From: a candidate division WOR-3 bacterium
GTDB taxonomy: Bacteria > Hydrothermota > Tepidihabitantia > Tepidihabitantales > Tepidihabitantaceae
Direction: 5' to 3'
Length of the DNA stretch: 64,000 nucleotides
NCBI GenBank assembly: GCA_965649225.1
Contig: CBFGJX010000001.1
Coordinates: 128,001-192,000 of the forward strand
In this document: one piece after another, positions 57,198-64,000 of the stretch
How the letters are laid out: every line of letters starts with the position of its first letter
How positions within the stretch are numbered: the first letter of the stretch is position 1
Notes under the pieces: model-generated
Seen by the model: the letters and a program-made list of their open reading frames with translations, nothing else
Told to the model about the DNA's origin: nothing
Databases searched by the model: none
Made by a program: the position numbers and the translations under genes

Positions 57198-58238
57198 CTA
57201 GAAGTCAACCGCCAGCGTCAATCGGTGCGAGGCACCAAGTCGCGCCAGATTACGATAGCCGTAATCGAGCTGGAGCCCGATGCCCGGCCCCGGTCGCACT
57301 CGAAATCCGGCCCCGGCCGAAAGTCCGGTGGCATAGCCGAGTGCATCGGCATAGTCGAGGTCGGTATTGAGAATGTAACCGGCCCGGATGTAAACCGGCT
57401 GATGATTGTACTCCAGGCCGACATTCACCTTCTCGTTGACATCGTTGTAATGCACCAGATCGACTGCCGCGGCCAGCGCCGAGTTCTCGGTGCGCATGAC
57501 ATCGTAGGCAAGTCCGAACCGGAACGTCACCGGTAGCGGAAACGTCTCGGTGAGGTAAGTGCCGGGAATCGGTTCCCGCGTCCATGGCCACTCCCAGCCC
57601 GGGTCGTGGGTGAAATTGAGCTGGGAGCCGCTGTAACGCAGGTCCGGGCCGAAATTGGCCATCGCCATGCCGATACGCAGATTCCGCCAGCCGGTGTTGT
57701 AGTGAACACCGAAGTCAAACGCCAGCCCCTGCGCCCCGACATCCCAGACCTGTTCGCTGACATACTTTGCCGAGGCGCCAAAAGCCAGCTTCTCGGTAAA
57801 CATCCGGCCGTAGCTGAACGCCAGCGCCACATCCGAACCGGTGAAGGTGCGTCCGGTGCCCTGATACTCCTGGATGGTCGTTTCCTCAAACTTGCCGAGC
57901 ATCAGCGCGGTGAGGGCAACCCCGAAACTGCCGGCCCGGGTCGGAACCACCACCGACGCGAACTCATGGCTGATGTCGCCGACCCAGTCGATATGGTTCA
58001 GCACCGCCTGACGACCGCGCAGCAGCGCCACGCCGGCCGGATTCCAGTACGCCGCCGACGCATCATCGGCCACTGCGACAAACGCCTCACCCATGCCGGT
58101 GCAGCGCCCGACACCGATTTTCAGAAACGGCATGCCGGCCATGCCGATCTTGGTGAACGCCGCTGCGGCCGGCAGGGCGGTCACGGTCAGCAGGACGAGC
58201 GCCGCCAGCGCCGGCGGAAAAGTCTTGCTTGTTCTCAT
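57198..58238 (-). CDS. PorV/PorQ-family outer-membrane beta-barrel
   Basis: Signal peptide; FLKIGVGR..GMGEAFVAVADDASAAYWNPAG; terminal Phe. Confidence 0.87.
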   Translation of the reverse strand: MRTSKTFPPALAALVLLTVTALPAAAAFTKIGMAGMPFLKIGVGRCTGMGEAFVAVADDASAAYWNPAGVALLRGRQAVLNHIDWVGDISHEFASVVVPTRAGSFGVALTALMLGKFEETTIQEYQGTGRTFTGSDVALAFSYGRMFTEKLAFGASAKYVSEQVWDVGAQGLAFDFGVHYNTGWRNLRIGMAMANFGPDLRYSGSQLNFTHDPGWEWPWTREPIPGTYLTETFPLPVTFRFGLAYDVMRTENSALAAAVDLVHYNDVNEKVNVGLEYNHQPVYIRAGYILNTDLDYADALGYATGLSAGAGFRVRPGPGIGLQLDYGYRNLARLGASHRLTLAVDF

Positions 58239-58246
58239 CGCTCCTC

Positions 58247-61243
58247 CTAAAAGACCAGCATGAACTTGCCGACCTGACTGCCGACATCGGACTCGACATG
58301 GAAGATGTACACTCCCGGTGCCGGCTTCTGCTCGCTCTCATTCAGCAGGTCCCAGTCCTCGTCACCGCCAAACTGGTTGGGCAGGCTGCCCAGGTCCGGA
58401 CGCGTTGCCCGGTGCTCAATCGTTCGTACCAGGTCACCGGCAAGGTTGTAAATCCGGATCGTGCAGTGATCGGGCAGGTTGATGAACTTGAGCTTGCGGA
58501 AATCGCGGTGCCGCTCCCACTCATTGCGAACGATGTAGGGGTTGGGCACCACCTTGACATTGAGCTTGCCGGCATCGGCCCGGAATGTCGCCGGCTCAAA
58601 CTCAATGTTCCAGACAGCAAAGCACGGTGCCGGTGCCAGCAGCCGGCTGTAAACCAGCCAGGTGTCGCCCGGTGCCGGCGCCTGCGTTACGCTGGGAGAG
58701 AAAGTGAAGTACGAACCGCATATCGCCATCGCGATGGTCTTTTCCAGCCCCGAGGTCGCCACAAAGGTATCGACCGCCGCCCGGGCAGAACGGAATGCCC
58801 AGCCGTCGGCGGTATCCGGACTCGGGTTGGTCTGGCGGAAATACGGTTTGAACTCTACCGGCCGGTTGTTCTGGATGTCCCAGACATCGCAGGTCAGCGC
58901 ATTCTCCCGCTGTTTCCAGACAATCCGGAAGTCCGAACCGCGATAAGCCCACAGACCCCGGTTGGCTGGAATCGCCGGAATCGAAATGGTGGACTCGGGA
59001 TAACTGCCGCTGACGACCTTGACGCTCTGGAAGAACTGTGTCGGAACCTGGTCCATCTTCAGTTTCAGAGTCATCTGCGCCACCGGCAGCCAGGCCCGGG
59101 TCGTGTCAACCACTGTCTCGCCTTCCCCTGTCACGCGCTCACGGATGTCGGTGATGACAGTATCGAAGATCGTCGGCACTGCTACCACCGTGTCGGGAGT
59201 GGTAGTGATATCCACACTCAATCCGGCCAGTGGCACAACCGTATCACCCGCAGTGGTCGTTACCGCATAGCGATACACCGGACCGTTGCTGGTCGGGTCG
59301 TATTTCGGCCCAAGAAACTCCAGCCGGTAGACTCCGCCCTTCAGTGCGTCCGGCACCAGCGGCAGCGGGAACACTCCCAGGCGCAGTCGGTCGTGCCCGG
59401 CAACCTTCTCGACCCCGGCAGCTGGCGGAACATAGTTGCCCGCCTGAGTCCGTGGTACTGCCCGCACCGGCATCAGGCCGGATTCCAGCGACAGGGTATC
59501 GGGCGGTCGGGTCGAATCGCCGCCGACATAGTTGAGGTCGAACGCCGTGACCGCGTAGTAATACGGAAAACCCAGCCGCAGCGAACTGGAATCGACATAG
59601 GCATAGGCAAGTCCCCGATCAACTGCCTTGGTCCGCAGCGACTCGACAACCGTTGTATCCTCGTAGCGCAGCCCGTCGGCCCGGTCAAACTGCGCCAGCA
59701 GCTGCCACGAACCGGGCTGGCCGGTGCGGCTGCGGTAGACCTTGTAGCCCTGAAAGTCGCGCTGAACGTAGAAAGGACTGGCCAGTGACGGTGCCAACGG
59801 AAAGAACCGGTCCTCGGCCCCCTCCGGGAAGTCGTCCCAGACCAGTGTCACGCGCCCGTCACCCGGAACTGCGGTCAGATTGGGCGACGGCGGCGGTTCG
59901 GGAGCAATCCAGTTGTTGTCGTAGGCTGCCTGTGCCGCCCGCGATGCAACTGCCAGATTGTAAACCATCTGGTCACCGACTCCCGGTGCCCGACTGGCCG
60001 CAATCACGCCGATCGTCACCGTCGCGATTTCATTCGGCGCCAGGGTAAACGGCCCGGTTGACTGCAAAAACCGCTTGTCGGCCGGCGAGATGTCGGTCGA
60101 ATCGAACGGATTGTAGGGATACTGCGGATTCCAGTAGTCGTAACCGGCCATCGCCAGGTACTGCTGGAAGTCGTCAATCGGGTCGGCGTCAGTCAGCGTG
60201 AAGATCTTGAACGACCGCATGCCGAGCTGACGGCCCTCGGCCGGTTCGTCAATCAGCCCGTTGCCGTTGTTGTCGATACCGTCGAACCCGTCAATCGAGC
60301 CGTCGGGGTTCTTGACATAGGGACTCTGCAGAAAGTCAAAGCCGACGAAGCCGCTCGGATCGGTCTGGGTCCCTTCACTCCAGACATAGCCCATATTGTC
60401 CACCCAGACCGAGTCGGTGCCCGATGCGTTGCGGATGTACTTGGCCAGCGCCAGCGCCGCCCGGTCATCGGTGGCGTTGCCGACGTCGGCGTCGCACACC
60501 ATCCCCAGATACATGTCGCGGATTGTGTCACTGGTGCGATTGCGGACATCGAACTTGAAGAAAACGATATCGCGGTTCCACGGCAGCGTCCATGAGTAGG
60601 TGGACTGGTAGACTTCAACCCCGATCGGCCGCGGCGTGCCCGACCTTGCCGCAGTATGCTGGGCCGGGTCACGGTCGCAGAATACCGCCCAGGCATCGCC
60701 CGAGGACACCGCGGTCCGGGGAATATAGTAGAAATAGCCCGGCACCATCGTGTCACCGGACGGTACCCGCAGCGGCGTCAACACCGAATCTGACAAATCC
60801 GCCGGAAAATTGGCCGGATTCGGCGGCCAGTCTTCCGGATAGATGTACACCCGCTCAAACTCCCGGGCCGCATAACCGCCCGGAGCGTTGTCGTAACAGC
60901 CGGGCGTCATCTCCGACTTGCCCGAATTCGGATTGTAGCCGACGCTGACCAGCGTATCCGGTGCCGGCACCCGCTTGACCGTTCCGATCCACAACCCGGC
61001 ACCATAAAGATACATGTCGCCCGACCCGACCGGCCATTCACCGCCACCCGAGCGGTCAGGGTTGTAGCCAAAGGTACCGTAGTTGCTGACCATTATCCGC
61101 CACTGGTTCTTGATGTAGGGCTTGATGTCCAGCTTGCGCGGCGGTCGCCAGGGCCGACCCGCCGTCCGCGCCTGTGCCGGTACTGCCAGACCGACCAGCA
61201 GCAGTGCGGCCAAGAGAACCATCTTCAATCTGTTGCTGTTCAT
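58247..61243 (-). CDS. Large secreted hypothetical protein (998 aa) with an Fn3-like region and a T9SS/FlgD-like C-terminal domain
   Basis: Signal peptide; DGIDNNGNGLIDE Ca-binding-like motif; V.L.WD, GYKVYRS and YYYAVTAFD; C-terminal VVPNPY...IRIYNLAGDLV...WDL...GVYIFHV...VGKF. Confidence 0.85.
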   Translation of the reverse strand: MNSNRLKMVLLAALLLVGLAVPAQARTAGRPWRPPRKLDIKPYIKNQWRIMVSNYGTFGYNPDRSGGGEWPVGSGDMYLYGAGLWIGTVKRVPAPDTLVSVGYNPNSGKSEMTPGCYDNAPGGYAAREFERVYIYPEDWPPNPANFPADLSDSVLTPLRVPSGDTMVPGYFYYIPRTAVSSGDAWAVFCDRDPAQHTAARSGTPRPIGVEVYQSTYSWTLPWNRDIVFFKFDVRNRTSDTIRDMYLGMVCDADVGNATDDRAALALAKYIRNASGTDSVWVDNMGYVWSEGTQTDPSGFVGFDFLQSPYVKNPDGSIDGFDGIDNNGNGLIDEPAEGRQLGMRSFKIFTLTDADPIDDFQQYLAMAGYDYWNPQYPYNPFDSTDISPADKRFLQSTGPFTLAPNEIATVTIGVIAASRAPGVGDQMVYNLAVASRAAQAAYDNNWIAPEPPPSPNLTAVPGDGRVTLVWDDFPEGAEDRFFPLAPSLASPFYVQRDFQGYKVYRSRTGQPGSWQLLAQFDRADGLRYEDTTVVESLRTKAVDRGLAYAYVDSSSLRLGFPYYYAVTAFDLNYVGGDSTRPPDTLSLESGLMPVRAVPRTQAGNYVPPAAGVEKVAGHDRLRLGVFPLPLVPDALKGGVYRLEFLGPKYDPTSNGPVYRYAVTTTAGDTVVPLAGLSVDITTTPDTVVAVPTIFDTVITDIRERVTGEGETVVDTTRAWLPVAQMTLKLKMDQVPTQFFQSVKVVSGSYPESTISIPAIPANRGLWAYRGSDFRIVWKQRENALTCDVWDIQNNRPVEFKPYFRQTNPSPDTADGWAFRSARAAVDTFVATSGLEKTIAMAICGSYFTFSPSVTQAPAPGDTWLVYSRLLAPAPCFAVWNIEFEPATFRADAGKLNVKVVPNPYIVRNEWERHRDFRKLKFINLPDHCTIRIYNLAGDLVRTIEHRATRPDLGSLPNQFGGDEDWDLLNESEQKPAPGVYIFHVESDVGSQVGKFMLVF

Positions 61244-61252
61244 CCTGCCTCC

Positions 61253-64000
61253 TCAGAACTCCAGCGCCACACCCAGTTTTACCTGTCGTGGCGCGTCCCA
61301 GTTGATCGGATTGTCAACAAAATCGAGCCAGGCCATCTTGAACGCGATGTACTCCTCTTCGTCAGTGATGTAGCCATCGTGATTGCGGTCGCGCACCGGA
61401 TTGTAGAGGCTGGTATTGAGGTTGGTGATATCGGCCACACCGGACCAGCCCAGCGGTGAGAGTGTCGCCGCATAGCCGTCATCATCCGGCCGGCCGGTCG
61501 CGCCGTAAACCCAGGTGATGTTCTGGTTGTTGAACAGATTGGTGACTACCAGCGTCAACCCGAGTCGTAGTGGTCCAATGCGGAAACGTTTGGCGGCATT
61601 CAGGTCAGCAGTAAAGCTGCCCGGCATTCGCGCCGAATTACGCTCGGCCGTCGGCCGGCCGGCATTGAGACCGCGCGCACCGACTTCCCGTGGCGTGTAG
61701 GGCAAGCCGGAGGCAACGCTGAAAAGCAACGAGCCGCTGAGGTCACGCGCCGGAACGAACGCAACATCACCCGGCACGTCCAGGCTCAGACTCAGCCGGG
61801 TATTGTGGGTCTGGTCGAACTCCAACGCATAGTCCCGACGGGGCGGCTCCATCTGCATGCCGGTAACCGGATCGGTTCCGTAGCGGTAGCGCTCGTAGTA
61901 CCACTCATAGGTCGAAGACGCCGTGCCGCGGGCGATTGAAAGACCGTAGGTCACCCGGGCGCTCCAGTAGCGGTCAAGCAACCGCCGCAGACTGACCTCA
62001 AACCCCCGGACGCTGCCGTACTCTTCATTGACCAGCGGGAAGAATCCGGTCGGCACCGCCGGCTGAAACCGGGTGCCCATCAGGTCGAAAATGTCCTTGT
62101 AGTAGGCCGTGAAGTCGCCGACAACCAGCGGTGAAAACTGCTGCTCCAGCCCGAGCTCGTAGGCAATCGTCTGCTGAGCCAAGAGGTCCGGGTTGCCGAT
62201 AATCTGGTTGCCGCGCGAATAGGCCGCGGTCGAGATATTGTCATAGAGGAAATGATAAGCCGGCGTCTGATAGAAGTGGCCGTAGGACAGCCGGAACTTG
62301 GTCGTGGTGGTTATCGGGAACGATACGCCCAGCCGCGGCGACACCTTGTACTTCAACGACGCCGCGACGGTCGAGGTGTCCTCGATGTTGGACGGGTTGG
62401 CCCGCTTGCGTACACTCGGGTCAAGGTAGTCGAGTCGCAGCCCGGCGCGTACGACCAGGTCTTCGAAGTCCATCCGGTCCTGCACGTAGGCAGCAGCGTT
62501 CACCGGGTTGACATCATAGGAATCAACAAACGGATTCGGGTCCCAGGGCAACGAGTTGTAGCGGCGATGCAGCGAATTCAGCCGCGTTTCGATGCCGGCC
62601 TTGATCTCGTGCACCTTGCCGATGTTGTGAGTGATATCACCCTTCAGCGTCACTACTTCTGACCAGTGCAGCAGAAAGTAGCGATAATCACCCGAACCGT
62701 AGAAGAGATTGTAAACACCCCAGGGATTATTGGTGTTGACCTGCGACTGCTGAACATAGCCCGGCATCGGCCGGAACAACACGCTGTCATTGGCCAGCAC
62801 CGAATCCTCGGCCTTGAAGATGTAGTCCTCCCAGAAACGCACCCGCCAGTTGCGCTCGTTGGCTTCCCGTTCGAGGTCACGCACCGCCTGCACCCGCTGA
62901 TTGTAGAAATAGCTCACCCGGGCGGTGTAGAAAGTGTTCTTGGTCAGCATGTGGTTGGCCGAAACGTTGCCTTTCCGCGCCCGTTCCCGCCGTGACAGAT
63001 AGTGGTCGAGATTGTACTTGAATCCGAGGTGATTCTCGCTCTCCCGGTCTGAAGGATAAAGCTCATTCTGCTCCCGGGCAATGAACCCGTCGGCCGAAAG
63101 CCGCAGCCCCTCGTTCAACGGCAGCGAGTAGGTCAGCTTGCCGGTGAACTTGTAATCCTGCCGATTCTGGTGCGGCAGCTTGTAGCGCAGCGGTCGGTAG
63201 TCCTCGGCAAAATACAGCTCACCGGAAAGAAAGTAGCGCAGCCGCTGCAGGCCGGGCAGCGGACCGCCCAGCGATGCCTCGATCCGGTTATCACCAAAGC
63301 TGGCTGGTCCGGGCATGAATTCATCGGTAACCCAGCCGAGCCGGCCGGAGAAATTCTCCCGGCCCTCCTTGGTGATGACCTGAACGATTCCCGACATCGC
63401 CTCGCCGTACTCGGCGTCGAAGCCTCCGGAAATAACAACGACCTCCGCGGTTGCGCCCGGATTCACCCGTGCTGCCTGATAACCGTAGAGCGGATCGGAA
63501 GTGGCAACGCCATCAACGAAATAGGCTACCTCGTCCGGCCGGCCGCCACGGATGTGCTGCCCCTGAGTCGCGCTGACGACCACGCCGGTCTGCAGCCGGA
63601 CAATGTCGGCCAGTGTCGCAACCGGCAGCTTGGCGATTTCCTCGCTGCCCATCGTCTGGCTGGTGGCAGCGACCGTCCGGACAATCGGCGGCGGGGTGCT
63701 CTTGACTTCGACCACGCCCATCTCAATCCGCTCGGCGCTGAGTGCGAAGTCCTCGGTTATCGTCTGGTCAACGATGACCAGCACATCGGTCTTGCGCACC
63801 GTCTGATAGCTGATGTAGGAGGCGGTCACCGAAACCCGTCCGACCGGGACGTTGGCAATCAGATACTCACCCTTGGCATCGGTTGCCGCGCCCAGGTCGG
63901 TGCCTTCGATGACCACGTTCGCTCCGACCAGCGGTTCCCGGGTCTTGGCATCCACAACCCGTCCCCGTATCCGGCCGGTCTGACTGGCCAGGGCCGTTGC
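61253..64000 (-). CDS. TonB-dependent receptor with an N-terminal carboxypeptidase-regulatory-like domain; 5' end lies beyond the window
   Basis: GRVVD..T.EPLVGANV; plug IRGGR.DE..Y.VDG and GGFDAEYG; AGLRLD, SPRLG and terminal LEF. Confidence 0.9.
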   Translation of the reverse strand, partial: ATALASQTGRIRGRVVDAKTREPLVGANVVIEGTDLGAATDAKGEYLIANVPVGRVSVTASYISYQTVRKTDVLVIVDQTITEDFALSAERIEMGVVEVKSTPPPIVRTVAATSQTMGSEEIAKLPVATLADIVRLQTGVVVSATQGQHIRGGRPDEVAYFVDGVATSDPLYGYQAARVNPGATAEVVVISGGFDAEYGEAMSGIVQVITKEGRENFSGRLGWVTDEFMPGPASFGDNRIEASLGGPLPGLQRLRYFLSGELYFAEDYRPLRYKLPHQNRQDYKFTGKLTYSLPLNEGLRLSADGFIAREQNELYPSDRESENHLGFKYNLDHYLSRRERARKGNVSANHMLTKNTFYTARVSYFYNQRVQAVRDLEREANERNWRVRFWEDYIFKAEDSVLANDSVLFRPMPGYVQQSQVNTNNPWGVYNLFYGSGDYRYFLLHWSEVVTLKGDITHNIGKVHEIKAGIETRLNSLHRRYNSLPWDPNPFVDSYDVNPVNAAAYVQDRMDFEDLVVRAGLRLDYLDPSVRKRANPSNIEDTSTVAASLKYKVSPRLGVSFPITTTTKFRLSYGHFYQTPAYHFLYDNISTAAYSRGNQIIGNPDLLAQQTIAYELGLEQQFSPLVVGDFTAYYKDIFDLMGTRFQPAVPTGFFPLVNEEYGSVRGFEVSLRRLLDRYWSARVTYGLSIARGTASSTYEWYYERYRYGTDPVTGMQMEPPRRDYALEFDQTHNTRLSLSLDVPGDVAFVPARDLSGSLLFSVASGLPYTPREVGARGLNAGRPTAERNSARMPGSFTADLNAAKRFRIGPLRLGLTLVVTNLFNNQNITWVYGATGRPDDDGYAATLSPLGWSGVADITNLNTSLYNPVRDRNHDGYITDEEEYIAFKMAWLDFVDNPINWDAPRQVKLGVALEF

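Noticed and set aside
58229..59788. 519-aa plus-strand ORF
   Set aside because: Antisense to the 998-aa secreted protein; typical codon-bias artefact
1..64000. CRISPR arrays, cas genes, transposases, rRNA
   Set aside because: No regularly spaced direct repeats or matching protein or RNA motifs seen

Overview
A GC-rich, gene-dense window of core chromosome from an anaerobic, diderm bacterium. PorV-family barrels, FlgD-like C-terminal domains and a large TonB-dependent receptor suggest an FCB-affiliated lineage such as WOR-3 (inference only). In order, it contains: a cluster of two aconitase-family (LeuC/LeuD-like) hydro-lyases, a CitD-CitE fusion, CitF and a LarA homolog; envelope genes; an S10-spc ribosomal protein block (rpsJ to rplF) that stops at tRNA-Glu; tRNA-Leu-tig-clpP-clpX; an oxidative-stress operon; tmRNA; an iscS-iscU-zinc ribbon-glutaredoxin-FTR/rubredoxin operon; a 2-oxoacid:ferredoxin oxidoreductase and purine-salvage block; rpmH-rnpA-yidD-yidC-jag-mnmE-usp-PTS IIA-argS; xth; and a TBDR-large secreted protein-PorV triad. 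I found no mobile elements or CRISPR arrays. The most notable signals are: (1) an IscS homolog that has lost the PLP lysine and substrate-binding residues but keeps the mobile-loop Cys, in an operon with IscU and a ferredoxin:disulfide reductase/glutaredoxin pair; (2) a citrate-lyase-like pathway whose carrier domain appears to lack the canonical prosthetic-group Ser and whose fused aconitase has a rewired active site; (3) PorV paralogs each paired with a neighbouring FlgD/CTD-bearing protein; (4) a candidate multi-stem structured RNA between argS and xth; (5) several probable leaderless mRNAs and CTG starts. All family assignments come from motif recognition by eye, not from database searches.
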